NCBI GenBank assembly: GCA_977030845.1
Contig: OZ365118.1
Location: 3,286,001 to 3,350,000 of the forward strand
Reading direction: 5' to 3'
Source: Fimbriosthenelais zetlandica
Lineage: Eukaryota
Length of the DNA stretch: 64,000 bases
Below are positions 13,301-27,400 of this stretch, in pieces. Each line of letters opens with the position of its first letter. Within the stretch, counting starts at the first letter, position 1. Position numbers and translations under genes: made by a program. The notes under the pieces were generated by a model. That model was not told the origin of the DNA and did no database searches. It saw only the letters and a program-made list of their open reading frames with translations.

Positions 13301-16300
13301 TCAGACTACAGCTTGTTGTGGAGCAGGTCTATGAGGAATGGCTTTAAAGTATAATGTGTTAAAACAGTGGCCATTATATGGATTAATGTTGCCTGCCTCT
13401 CACACTCCCCATTACAGTCTATCCATGCCTTCTTCATTCAGCCTTCTATAATCAGTAGGAAGTCACCCAGTGGGTGCATTGTCAGACTAGCTTTACCCTC
13501 TCTTACCATAAAGGCCCTCCTCACTTCCGACTCCCGCTCTGTGCCTTCACCCACCATACATTCACACATTGCCTGTTTTTGTCCACCCTAACAATATGTC
13601 CCCTGTCTGGCTTCGACTTCTTCTGCCAACTAGACGTAAAATGCTGAAGGAACAAGAAATATATAGAGGGGCGGGAGAGGTGATATAGACTATCATAACG
13701 CCATGTATATTCCCCTCGTAGGAGACAGTTTTCTGTAGGTGCGGGGGGAGGTACAGCTTGAGGGGGCTTTTATAGGGTCCACAGGAGTGACTTAATGGGA
13801 CCCAGGGTGCTAATAGTGGGCGAGTGAGAGAGGAGCGCCAGATAGCCCCGCTCTTTTATCCAATCATCCTCTTGCTCCTACTTATCAGGTAAAGAATGTC
13901 TTATAGCCATCCGCTTTATAGTGGAAACACAAAGGGACATTGCAAAGCTTCTTCATTTTGAACGCCTGCACTATACGCCCGACCCATATACTACTGCTCG
14001 CCACAATCTCCGATAGGAAACTATAGGCAAAATATTGGTCCGTCGATAGAGATCTCTAAGGTCCCAGCTATCTCTCCCTATAGGTTTCCATGAGCTTTCC
14101 GGGGAGAATTTACAATCGGACTGAAAAGCGTGTTGGGAAAATACTAGCACTAGATCATTGTCTGATACCGCAGCCGCTTACTATAGGCTGCAATGGGAAA
14201 CAAAAGACAGCCAATCGAAGTCAGTGCGCTTCCAGACTACTTAACAAGTGTAAATTGAACGATAGAGGGTGGAGGAGATAGGCCTGGAAAGTGAGGCCAG
14301 GCTGGGAGCAGATAACGTAATATTGAAGCGTTTGTTGGCCGAGCAGTTGGAACTAAATACTGAAGAAGTGGTGGGGAAGTGGGCGGCATACATACCAAGT
14401 CTGTCTGACTGAGCTACTCCCCACCTACTCCTCCTTGCCCTCTAGTACTGTGTTTGGCCCGGGCAAGAACCAATAGGTCATATACTCTCTACAGTCTCTG
14501 TGTTAGCTCCCAACTGCTCCTTCTAGAGCTGCTCCCGGCGATCAACCACCGACCAAATGGCTGCATTCACCAGCAACTAATGACAAAGGTTCATCAAGGG
14601 TCAGTGAATGAGTTGGTGTCTGGTGCATTTCTCAACCTGCAGTTCTCTACTAACAGGCGCTGGGTCTGTGTGTGGAGGAGTGGCCGTATATAATCACGAT
14701 GATTTACTCCACCAAACACACTCTAACTACCCCTCCTTATCTCACTCACTGCGGAGTGCTCTAATAAACTCACATAAATGGACACATTCCAGACCTTATG
14801 AATATTTTACCCCGATCAAATAGACAGGTTTTATTGTGTCCCCATCCGATTCATATTCGCTGAGGAGCGATTGAATTTGCTGGTGGTGCGGAGGGCCTTT
14901 CCCATCCTTCTTTTCATGTAAGCAATGATTTCTGCGAATCTGAGAATCGCTTGATCATTTCTGCTTCTTTAAGCTTAATCCAGACTAGGTTTTACTATTC
15001 TCAGGGATCCTTTAACTCTTTATTTCCTATGGGATGATACCTTGAGTCATAGAAGCCCTAGGGAAACCCAACATTGAGAAATCCCAGATGGTACTATTAT
15101 AAACCCCTATCTGTATCCTACATTATCCAGGGGGTTGACAGTGGCATACACCCACAACCCCTGACTTCAGAGGTCTATTTATAGTCCCATGTCTCCTGTC
15201 CAGATAGGATTTTTAAAGAAAAAAGAACATACACCCTTCAAAGACAATATCCCCCTGTGCCCCGCCCCTCGGGTCCCTTCAGAACCCGCCTATCTCACTG
15301 TAACAAGTTTGAGGATCTGCCACTGGCATGTATATATGTATATATGTATGGTTGAAGGGCAAGAGGCTATCGCCAGCAGTAGCAGGTCGCCGGCAATGTG
15401 AGAATCCCGCCCCAGGGATGTTTAGTAAAGTACCATTGAATATACATGTCAGCATATCATTATAGCTGCAAAGTCTGCAAAACTGCAAAGTCCGATATAT
15501 ACCAGAACCATTCACAATCCCCTCAACCCATAAAACCAGTGCCCCTACCGGACTCAGTACTGCTGCTAATACCCATTGTAAGGCAAAACAAACAAGTAGT
15601 ATGTATGCATTTAAATTGGCCTTTCTCTCACTCTTCTTCCCTCTCCCTTTCCCTCTCCATTCTTGCTTTCTTTCTCTCCCTTTCTCATTTCCTCTCTCCC
15701 TCTCATTTATCAGATTCACACATTGTTTTTGTGCTCTTCCTAATTGATTATTAAACTCATTAAACACTTGCTGGTTTTCATGTCGCCGTGTATATATTGA
15801 GACATTGACTGAGTTAATGAATCAGACATAACGCTGTTATCAGTACTGGGTGAATTAACAGGTGAGAAGTAGGCTTGTTATTTGTCATGATGGCGCCATT
15901 CACCACTTACTCCCCTAATCACCCCTCTCCCCGTCTTACTCACACCTTTAATTGATATCATCTTAGATTGCTCCTTCTATCAATTACCTCAATAATGTCC
16001 TCGAGCACGGCGGTAAAATCTCAATTATTATTTGATTTATCAGCGACAGGGAGGAGGTCTAAACGCATGTATGTACATTTACATAAGGCTGTAATTTGGT
16101 TAATGCATTAGGCATGAGGCTAATGGTATTCAGGGTGACTCGTACATGAACAAGGCTCGGTAATTGGTACAAACTGTATACAAAAGACCAGGGATCCTAT
16201 GGTCCATCATACACACTCGTGACTTGGCTCCATACATCAGACGGCCAGCTTTGGACTGTGAAGCTGTCGGCCTTGTTAAAACACCAGGGTTTTTTTTAGT

Positions 16301-19300
16301 GATGGGACAGAGAGCTTTTGTAGTAACCTGATTGATTCGCTCCCTAGTTGGTTAGCCATGCCAAGTTAATACCACCAACAAGCCCGCTGAGGCCTCACCC
16401 TCTCTCAACCTATTGTGACTTGCGGCTTTAATTTCTTAATAAATCCCAGCCCCTGGAGTCTGTGCTTTTCTTTCCAAAGTTGGGCTGTGTACGTAGAAGT
16501 ATATAAGTCATGGAGTAGCCCCAGGCAAAATCAATCTGCCAGACTAGCGCCTGAATCAGTAGAACAATAACACGTGTTGCATGTGGCCCATGTTCTGCAG
16601 ACACTACCTTGGGCCAGCCTACAGGTCAGTAATTTATACGAGAACACTACCCCAGGGCCTTCTCCTTGCTGAGTGCCAACGGCCCAGCCCATGCTTGCTG
16701 GAGAGTGGCCCACCCCCTATTGTTATGTTTTCCACATCTTAAGCCCGGGAGGAGGGCCAGGCCTGGAGTCTTACCGGTCTGATAAATAGGCTTGCCATCC
16801 AAAAAAGGCCCTTTAGGGTAGCTAATGATTAGGTCCTGCCTGGAGTGGGGACCGGGGTGTATAGTGCCGGCGTATGCCTGGGGCAGATACATGGTTCTAT
16901 CATGTAATAAGTCAAAGAGGCAGGTAGAATGGAGGGTAAGTATGATATACTTACACTCATAACCAGGCATGTTGAGGGGAGATAGCTGAAAGTAGTCTTA
17001 AAACCCACCCCACCACCAACATCATCTATAAACCCAGATAAACTCAGTGAACCCTTTTGTGAGCTGCTCTGTATTGGGGTGATTTATATGGGTGTTTAGG
17101 GTTTGGGGTACATTATAAACCCCTGTCGTTGACGGGGCAGTGTTGTATTAATCGCTACATGTTATATCCCCTGATATGGCCATCCAACTTCCCGATGTCT
17201 CAATCACCAAGCTCCGACTACAGCGTGGGCGAAGGGTCAGGTTTATGGAGATAAAAGCAGATTTATATTATTGCTGTATATGTAGTGAGCCATCTCCGCC
17301 TGCCTTGTTGCATATATATAGCGTTTCAAGCACATAGCTGCGGTGGTCGAGGTTACAAATGTCCCTTAAAACTCCACATCTTGCCAACTGCTTCCGTGTT
17401 CGGATTCCACACCACTCTAAATGCTCCCATGTTTATTAATCGATTCATTAATTAAAAACAATGATACCATTATAGTGAACTAATGTAGAGATCACAGTTT
17501 TTGCTGCCATTTTGAAAGCATGAGGATGGAGCCGTAGCCCTGAGCGTAATGACAATGATAGCGCTTCCTTCCTCCTATACAATATGTGTCCTTAATGACA
17601 AGCGCTCCATGATAGACATCAAAGATTTACCACTGAGATGTATGTAAGAGCTGAAGGCTATATTTCTAAACTAGGTTACTTATGTTTCCTGCCGGCCCGA
17701 GCTCTCCCCGCTCGTTACCATGGTCCTCCTGACTATTCTTCTATAAGCCTCGAGAGAAGAAAAGAAACTTGTCAACCATCCACCCGAGAAATATCTCCTT
17801 GCCATGTTTTCTTGTTATGTAATGATGTCGTTTAATTGCATCTTTTAATGGAATTAGGATATTAAACTCTGTTTTCCTTCGAGTTTCTGAATAAGATAAT
17901 CGCATTGCTGGAAGGAAGGCGGGAGGGAATAATTACGAGCGATGACATGCAATTTTAATTGTGCCAAAAAATAAGCCCCCCGGGGTGGGGAGCAACTCGA
18001 CAAAACCCACTGAAATGTTTACCATTAGTGAAATGGACGGGGAAACATGAGGGGAAAATTGCATGTGGTCCTTTGCTTATGAAGTGGTAAGAGGAGAGGC
18101 GATGTCTTGTCTTCCAACATTCGGTTGGGCAGTTGGAGAGTTGAGTGAAAATGAAACACGCGATTCATGAGCTGGCCTGCTGCTCGCCACCACCCCCCAC
18201 CCGGCAATGTGAGCCACTCATGCCTGACACATCACTTTGAGGTGTTATCCAGTGAACTCATCATTAAAAACACGATCACATATCATTATTTCATGAAGCT
18301 TTGATTGGTAATTCTGTCTTGTTTTTTAAGCTGTTTTTGAAGCTCACCCCTCGCCAGTGTCAGTGGGTGAGGCTGTAAAAGATACTTTCTTATTGGAAGC
18401 GAGAGGTAAAAAGTCAGAGCAAGTTCGACACAAGTTGTAACTTCCCTTTAAACCAGCCCAGACCGGCGGGGCAGGGGCTGGTAAAATGGCTCCATTAGGG
18501 GAGAGAAGCTTCCAGAAATAGTCCCATAAAAGCAGCAAAAGTAAAATACCAACTTGCCGATGGCCCTCCAGCTGATGTGGTTCATAGCTTATCGAATCAA
18601 GTCCCAAAGAGAGTTCATTGATAGATAGATTTGAGTCAGACTCGGCCTCTGTATTGGGACCTACGATGGCCCCATAGGATTGGTGCGTCTGGCAGGGAGC
18701 TACATCTTATAGTAGCTCCCCAACATACGAGGTCTGGTCAAACCAACGAGATACTTCATGAAGAAAGGTCTTCCTTGACTGCACAAAGGAAAGCTTGGCG
18801 GTCTTCCTTTCAATATCAGACTGAAGGTAGCCGGAAAGAGGCAGTAGGGTAGATGCCTGAATCAAGGCTAACCAGTGACAAACTCCTGTATTTCAAACGA
18901 GTTTAAAACTTGCCTATACGCAGTGCTCTGTCCTGGTTGTTCCATTTGTGACTGCGTTATTAAAAGCAAGGTTACTGACTACTTAAATTATTCCAATACC
19001 AATATACCAAAGCAGAGCCGTGCCACCCACAGATGTGAGGTGGCACGCCAAATAATTTCAAATTTATCTGCTCACTTTCTGTTATAGTACTATAGGCTAT
19101 AAACATCATCTTTGTGTCTGCTAACTCAAATTGCCAGGAAAACAGGGCCAAATTTCAAAAGCTTTCATCTCAATTTCCCTATTGGTTCATTTGCATACTT
19201 AATAAAATTGTATTTAATCCCTCTGTGATGCTACGTGAATGGGAGCCTCTGTCGGACTGTTGATTTAAGTGAGTCAATATGCCTTGGGTGTCCCATGGAT

Positions 19301-21140
19301 TCTTAATAAATGAGAAAATACTGTTACATTTTAAGGAAAGCCCCATTAACAATGGGGCAATGCCTTTTGTGGTATGAAGTGTTGGCTATAAGCAAGGCTT
19401 GTCTTGATCTGCTAATGTTGAGATGATGTATAGGCCTTGGAGCTATTTAGCCATTGAAAATTGATCGATTGACTCGGGTTATTGCCCTGAGATGCAGCCT
19501 GGCTCACCTGCTTTTTCCCAGTTAACGTCTAAGGCAGGATTCTTTATTGTGGATTAATGGCTGGTGTTTAAAACCCCATCATTACTTAAACAGAAACTGT
19601 GGATCAATAATGGTATTAAAAATGCTTTTGAAGCCTACCTATAATCATAGTCTCAGGAGGCGTAGCAAGAAACAGCCATTAGATGTAATTGAATACATAC
19701 ACGAGTATTAAAGTCTGACAGGGAAGGCACATATTGACGAGTGGGAGACGGGACGGGGAGACGGGACGGGGAGAGGGTGGGGTGGGTTTTTTGTTTGTTT
19801 CGCTACAGCCGGTGTTTAAGCACGTTGCTGTAGCATGGCATGTGGACAATACGGAGGAGACGTCCCTGTATTGAAATGAGAAAAACTGAGAAACTAAAGC
19901 AAAGGTATGTGGCGCTTCTGACAAGGTTTGTATTCCAGCGCATGGACATTGCACTGATGAATAGCTAGCAGGGAAAGCAAGGAGGAGAATCAATATTTGA
20001 GTCTGGAGATTCAGTCAACAAACTCGGAGAGAGCAATGGTAAGCGAATGCCTCTCTCAGCGTAAACACGCGAATAATCAGAGCCAGTTAGAGCAAGTTTT
20101 GTCATGTTTTTGTGTGTGAATATTGGCGAGTTTTGAGCTATGGCCTGGAGGTGAGGGCCGCCATGTTTGAGGAGACCTGTGGCGTCATTAGACGGCCATA
20201 TGAGGAACAATTAAGACCGTTATCTTTAATGGCAGGCTGAGTTATAGCATCCGGCGAGCTTCTGTAGCAGCCAGGATTGCCTGGATATCCCCCCTCTACT
20301 TTTCAACCCTGGGACCCCGTCCTAACCCCATCCTTCCTGACTCCACCTCATTAACGCCCTTACCACCAGATTATCTAGTCTACAGGCATGCCCACAACCA
20401 CTCCCTTATACACAGATAAAAAACAGAGAAAAAAAACATCTAGAGACTATCTATAGAGGGGTGCGCCCAGTCCCTCCCCCACCCAGCCACATTCCAGCAA
20501 ATGTAATTTGTTGCCTTTACATTGGACTCTTCCTCTGCCTAGCTGACAACGTCTCCAAGGAACCCAGAGGCATATCTCAGCTTATCTAAACTTCAAATCT
20601 GATTCGGAAAGGTTCTGAACTCAGCAAAAGTTCAAATTGGATGGGTAATTCATCACGTGTTTGACATTGTTCAGAATTTCAAAAGTCCCAGAGAAGGCAG
20701 AAAGCTGGGGTTTGAGCTGTATGGACCAACATAGTGTCTGTTTTACGAGACTAGCTTCCCCGAGTGGGGCTGTGAGTAGTCTATGAATATGGTTCTTTAC
20801 TCAGGCTAGTGAGGTCAGCCATGCCTGGATTGAAACTTCCATACTGAGGAAATCATGCTACACACAATGGGCAGTATGATAAATGTATACAAACATCTAG
20901 TGGGCTGCGTCCCAATAAAACATGCCCTACATTAACCCACGGAGCTAAAGCCCATCTTTGTCATGGAACAGACCAGTGAGTTATAGACCGGACAAAATAA
21001 CTGTACACTAAAGCATGTAGTAAGCCATAAAATATTGTTTGCTTCTAAATAGCTTATGCCCTTAAAGCCCTGTGCCTTGTTTGTGCGGATCCTCCTGGAT
21101 TTCAAACTTAAAGGTCGCCAAAGGTCATCCTCCAAGCGAA

Positions 21141-21182
21141 CCGGAAGTCAGCTCATGAGGGACACTGAGCATGGCCGGAAGT
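21141..21182 (+). promoter_or_regulatory. Tandem ETS/GABPA-type CCGGAAGT motifs, possible promoter
   Basis: CCGGAAGT at 21141-21148 and 21175-21182, same orientation. Motif match only. Confidence 0.25.
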
Positions 21183-23869
21183 AGCAAGTGCATGGGATGC
21201 TGGGAAGTAGTGGGAGCAGCTCGCCTAGCGGGAGTTGGTGAGCAAACAAGACTCATGAATACTGAAGATGGGTAGTGTGCGAGCGGAAGGGGAAGAGAGA
21301 GGACTTATCTATTTATGATGCATCTTTGTGCTTGGCTACAAGTACTAATGCATAAAGTCCTGCCCGTGATCCAAACGATCCGGTCGTAACAGGTTAATTG
21401 TCCATCAGAGCAAACAGTAGACGAGCTGTGCCTTCTTATCACGGTGCTTGTATATGTGTCAGTATGATTTACGTCCAGCCCCTCGCCTGGCTTGCTCATA
21501 TCACTGTAAATTATTCTACCATCCATCAGATGAGCGTACAAGCACTAGATGACAACTAGCAACACTTCCCCTACCTCTCCTCTCACAAGAGCTCACAGAT
21601 AATTTGTCCTCATCAGAAAGTACAATCAGTGGAAAGATTGCTGATAGGAAACAACTTTTTTTTCTTCACCCAGACAGAATGTTGTGTTCAAGCAGTAGTA
21701 GTAATGGGTTGAGAGAATCCTGCCCTAACTCCATCATACTGAGTGATGAGTTGTTTTTTTGATTTGTAAAATGAGCACATGTAGCAATTGCCTGTTGTTA
21801 AATGATCTCAGATTGATGTCTTTGAGTTCCTGCTGCACTATAGACACCATTAACCGGGTCAACCATGCTATTGACTCACTCACTATTATCCTCTTCAATC
21901 CGCTCCCTTCAGTTTAAAATGAAGAGAGATGCTAATTAATTATTCATGCTTGAAGATTAATGAGGAAATATTGTCCATAATCTTGCGGACATGTCCCAAT
22001 TTCTGAGGCGTGTAGGCTTGAACATTATGTTCCAGGGATAACCGTGAATCAAATCAATCACTTTCTGATTACCACAGCCGTGGGAATTCACTAAGTGGAA
22101 TGGGTGCAAAAATATAATGTTATCACATTATGAGATGATGGGGACTAGGCAGGTGGGCGTGCAGGTGGAGGGTGTGTGCGAGTGATTTCTTACTTTGTAT
22201 CATTTGTATGGAATACTCGAGTCATTGCACGGAGAGAAACTTAAAATATATCTCTAAAACCAGTGGGTGATATTGTCTATTTTGCTCGCTATAAGATAGT
22301 ATCAGTTCACATGAAGATCATTTTCTGACGATCAGAAGCAGGGAGAGTGACGAGATTGAAACGCCACAAGTTGAGATGACTTATCCTCCCTCCGTCTCAT
22401 TTTTTCCACTATTTTCCTCTTTTTTAAGAATCCATCTTTGTAATGTAATACATGGCTTGGTGGAGGAATGGGAGATGAGCTGCGGTTCCTGGGAAGTCTT
22501 GTTACGACCACTGAAGTCTTATAGTCGGTACAAATTGTCTCCATTGGGGATGAGGGAAGAGCAGGAGATAGGCATGGAGTGATGGGGAAACGGGGAAAAA
22601 AGAGATGGAAGGTAGGAGACAGGGAGACGTTCTCTGTGATGAGCTCTAGATGATAAAAAAACCAATATAGAAGATACCTCGCCAATGATAGAGAATACTG
22701 AACCAGTAGTCATCAAACTCTTACATCCAATCCTTCTCCTATAGTGTTTTTTCATGTTACATTTTGTCTCCACTTATCTGTCCTTGCCAAGATGTGAACT
22801 TGCTTGCTCATATGAGCATTTTAAAATGAACTCTAGTGAACTGAGCAAAGGAATTCAAGGATGATAACATGGTATTAGAATGTGATTTGGATTGGCTTTG
22901 ATATCTCAACGTTTGATATATTATAGATCTATATCAATGGAAACCCTTGCTTGAAAATACTTTTCGAGTTGAGCTGTGTATTTGAGAGCAGCTCCGACTT
23001 TGTGGTTTATTCTGTAAGTTAGAGTTTATAACAGCTCCCTGTGGTATAGACCAGATAAAGAGAGGATAATACATGTCTTCTGCTTTGGCCCCGGAACCTT
23101 TCCAATTTCCTCGACTAGGGGGAGGCTCCACAGTGCCAGAGGTGCTATAAATAAAGGTATCTCTGTGGTGAATGTGATTCGCACTGTGGAAGCCATTTTC
23201 TCTCCGGCCATTAGATGGGCTTGGTGAGCAGGTGAGAGTGGGATGAGAGGTGTATAGAGAGAGCAGGGAGCAGCTCGCCACAGATAGACGTCACTTGTCT
23301 TCCGTCACACTCTGCGATTCCGGTCACGGTGACAGTGTGTGTGACAGATGTATGAACCGGTCATACACCACTGTACCCCAGATACCCTCCTATAACTCCC
23401 AACACCTACCATCATATACCTAAAATATAGTACACTATACTTGGCTGGTTTATATTGACTATTGCTTCAATAATCGGTGGATTTTTGTTACCATAATCCA
23501 TTGGTATGAAATCGGTCCAATCACAGCGTAACTAAAGTGTCCCTATTCCATCCCACCCACATTTTCTCAGGGCATTGTAAATTCATTTTAACCATTGCCA
23601 GTAAAGCCCGCAGCGACCTGCTCGGTTTTGTTTTTGTAGGACATGGGTCGGTTCTTGTTCTGTTTTTTGTTCATTTTGCTCCATCTGTGGTGAGATTTGT
23701 CTCCTCGTCTCTACCATTGTTACATCAGGCCTTCTGTGAGGCTCTTTATGTATTATAAGTAATAACACCCATCATACGGTCCCTGCTGGGTAAGGCAATA
23801 ATGGTATTGGAGCTTTAGTCACGGAGAATATGGGATTTGTTTCACTATGCTCATATCATCTCTGTCTTT

Positions 23870-24400
23870 CTTGTTGGCCTTGGCTTTCTTTATCTCTCTC
23901 TATCTGTCTCTCTTTCTTTCTCCCCATCTCAGTCTCCCTCTAACATTCTATCTAGTCTTCTATCCACTCTCTCTCTTCTTTCCCTCTCTAGCTGCCATGT
24001 CTACCATATATATCTCTCTCTCTCTTCTGATCTCTCTGCCATGTCTACCATCCCTCTTTCTCCCACTTCTCTTATCTCTCTCTCCCTTTCTCCCTCTCCT
24101 GATCTCTATCGCTCTATCGCTACCATGTCTACCATCTCTCTCTCTCTCTCTTCCTCTCCTGATCTCTCTGCCATGTCTACCATCTCTCTCTCTCTCTCTC
24201 TCTCTCTTCCTCTCCTGATCTCTCTGCCATGTCTACCATCTCTCGTTCTACCATCTCCCATTCCTCCTGATCTCTCAGCCTCTATAGCTTCCATGTTTAC
24301 CATCTCTCATTCCACCATCTCTCGTTCTATCATCTCTCATTCCTCCATCTCTCATTCCACCATCTCTCGTTCTATCATCTCTCATTCCTCTATCTCAGTA
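23870..24400. repeat. CT-rich low-complexity tract with degenerate internal repeats
   Basis: Recurring CCTGATCTCTCTGCCATGTCTACCATC(TC)n units, then ATCTCTCATTCCACCATCTCTCGTTCTATC units. This explains the S/L-rich spurious ORFs here. Confidence 0.9.
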
Positions 24401-27400
24401 CTATAAGCATGTCTGAGCTGTTCTCCGCATCAGTCCGCCGTCTATAAGGAACCAGCAGATTGCCGTGCCCGCCTTTCATTAATCCCTTGTTGAGGACTAT
24501 GACAGACTGGATGCCTTGTGAGCATTCAAATAGCCCCGTGTACCCCGGTATACATGGAGACAGACAGAGAAATGGCCTAATGTGGGATGTGGCGAGCATG
24601 GTACCATCCACCTCTACCTTGATGAATGCAGGAGCTGTAGTCATCATGTGCTCCATTTACTGCTCGTCCATGCTCCTGTATCTACCGAGCAGCTCGGAAT
24701 ATAGATGCCCCTCACCCACCACCTAATGTACCCCTCCCTACAATGGAACCACCAATGAAATATATCTTTTTTTTGTGATTTCATTCCTCCTGAGCATATC
24801 AAATAGAATCTCTGCTCTATGTTTTGTGGGATATATCTCCGTCTAAACGTGCAGGCTTTGACACTCTATTCGTGCCACATGTCCAGTTCCCAGCCCCCCC
24901 CCCCGACCCCGCCCCCTGAGATGTCTAACTACGGTCTGTTTGGTATGTGAGAACAAGCTCTGCTCCTCCATTGTTTGTGAGAATAAATCACTGTACCAGG
25001 AACAAAAGTGGGTGCGCGGGGCAAGATAAAAAGATTGTCAATCAATAGCTTCATTTTTTTTAACTCTACCAGTACCATTGGAATTTATTTCCTTGGGATG
25101 GGAATGGGAGGAACATGCCCTGGCAAGTATATAGGACAGATATTGTTTATCAAATACACCGAGGCCGTGACTGAGTATTGACCAGTAAAGAGCAGTCCAT
25201 GTGAGCGTCGATGTAGATTGATGGGAGCAGTAATCTCAGCTGACTTCTCTATAGGAAAATAACACTCTCCACTCTACATTCAGATGTTTGAATAGATGAG
25301 CAATTAAATAAGGATCAGTCGGGATGAGACGCTTAAAATAGCCTGATCCACTGAGGGGCATTTGACCTCCATTCAATAGATCCCCCGTCAGTGAGAATGG
25401 TCAGTGTACATTAAATCCCTACCTCCATCAAGATGCTATTTAATCCCTGCTTTTCCCTGTATTAAAGCATGGATTACACCCTAGGGGTGGGACCCATACC
25501 CCCTCATCATTCCCTAAGTATACACCCATTCAATCTCACAGGCCGTGATAAGGTTTAAGGTGTTTTTTTATTGCTGTCACACCTCGGATGTTGCACCATG
25601 GTCTAGGAAGGTATTTTCTGACTCCCTCTGACCTTTGTAAAGTGCCCTCTCCTTTCTCTCTCTCCCATACTCGTGAAAAACCTCCAGGTATGTGGGAGGT
25701 GGATGTCTTGGCCAATATGCCCCTGCTCTCTGCCCGGTCATTGTTGGCTGTGTGCTCAGCTACAGCAGGTATCATTACCTTGCTGGCTTGATATGGGCCG
25801 AGGCCATGAGGTGATCCGAGGACCCACCGAGGGCACCCAGGATAGACGCTCTTTTGTGGGGCCCTTATCCAGATTTACCCCTATCTACTTAAAATCAAGC
25901 TCAAGTGCTGACTTAGTAAGGTGCCACGAACGCTGTGAAAGGACTTTCCCAGTGTGGGCTTGAGATAGAAAAAGAGCATAAACGTATTAAAATGAAGGTT
26001 GCATTTCGCAATGCAAATCGCGTCATAGCTGAAATAAAATATTGAAGCTAAGCACTCGTTTTCAATCCCTCACTTCTTGTGAAAGCCTTGAAAATTTATA
26101 TAAGATTTTCTCATTCCCTGCAATTATTCCAAGTGACTTGTTTCGTTTCCACCTAATCATTAGAAAGCACTGACCCTTGCGAGGAAATGGAGTGGAGAAA
26201 AGGTGGTCTATTACAAGATTGAATGGAGATTCGGAAAGCGGGTCAAGATGTCATTGAAGGATTTGATAAAGATTTTAATTGGAAAACCCACACCCATAGA
26301 CACACTTACAAGTAGAGTGAGGTCTCTCCCGGGGGAAATAGCTGGCTTACTTTAGGGGCAAAGATAGTGAAGTATCGGCAGTGGTAAATATATGAAACTG
26401 GACCTTAGTGGTGGAACCGTACGGAATACTAATGTACGGCACTCATGAATGTCTCTAGAGGGACCAGGACTTGATCCGGGAGAAGGTGAATGAAGTATTT
26501 ATTAGTAACATTGTGACTGGTGGGAGTCCATGGTATCTAACATTATATAAGATCATGTAAGGTATTATCCATGATTAGCATGGGTCACAGCCTGTTCGGG
26601 ATGATCCGTGCGGCATTTCTTACCTCAATAACACTGGAGGGGATGATCTTCCCGGATTAAGGCTTAACGCCTCAGGGGTCTCCCCGGGCGCTAATCACCG
26701 GGGGCTGTTTCACAATAATCTTCTACACCTTAGAGCATTGATTAAGCACCGGGTAATTCATTATTATTTGTTTTCTGTGACGGCCCCTGAGGTCTCCCAT
26801 CAGGCCCCCTCCGCCCCCTTCATGACCTCCCTGGAGGGAGCTGTACATGCAGTATATGGCCTAAAGCTACTGTGGTTAAACCTCCAGGGTTTGGGGCCTA
26901 ATTAAACATGGTATTAGTAAATCAACATGTACAAAGGAAAACATCTGTTGTTTAGCAGATTATTGCCTATTACTTCTCCCAAGTGATTCAAACTCAACAG
27001 AAATATTTTAATCAAAGAGGACTCTTGATTAAATTGTGTTTTTGAAAGCAGTGACGTTTTACACTTTAATTGATTGTCTTGTCGCAAGATCCATTTTCTG
27101 GACACATGCTTTGCTTTGGGCTGCAAAACAAACTGCAAGTTAAGATCAATGATCATAAATCATATTACTGAAAAATGATTTCGTTATTAAATCATGGTCC
27201 ATCCAAAGCCACTCTGCCTGCCTTATAGCCACTCTGCCGACCATTCTCTGAGCTCCAAAAAAACCGGAGAGTGAGTGTGGCAAGCATTAGGTTCTAGTTC
27301 CTCTAAATCAAATGTAATGGCAGCGCTTACTATACTCTAGTCAAAGCCATATAGGCGGGCTTTTTTATTATAAAACAAAGCCAAGTTTACGGACCAGGTG

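Noticed and set aside
15279-15767. 162-aa minus-strand ORF
   Set aside because: Runs across a GA/CT-rich tract, with no recognisable motif or exon boundaries.
16753-16775. GGGPGLE, and similar GPG-containing stretches at about 9950, 10003 and 26460, as the missing NAXD GPGLG exon
   Set aside because: The flanking residues do not match LHALVVGPGLGRD and no suitable splice sites are present.
18695-18720. Perfect 9-bp hairpin GGGAGCTAC-8nt-GTAGCTCCC as a Helitron 3' end or terminator
   Set aside because: No CTRR terminus follows, and one such hairpin in 64 kb is plausible by chance.
23837-24406. Ser/Leu-rich 189-aa and 123-aa ORFs
   Set aside because: Products of CT-rich simple repeats.
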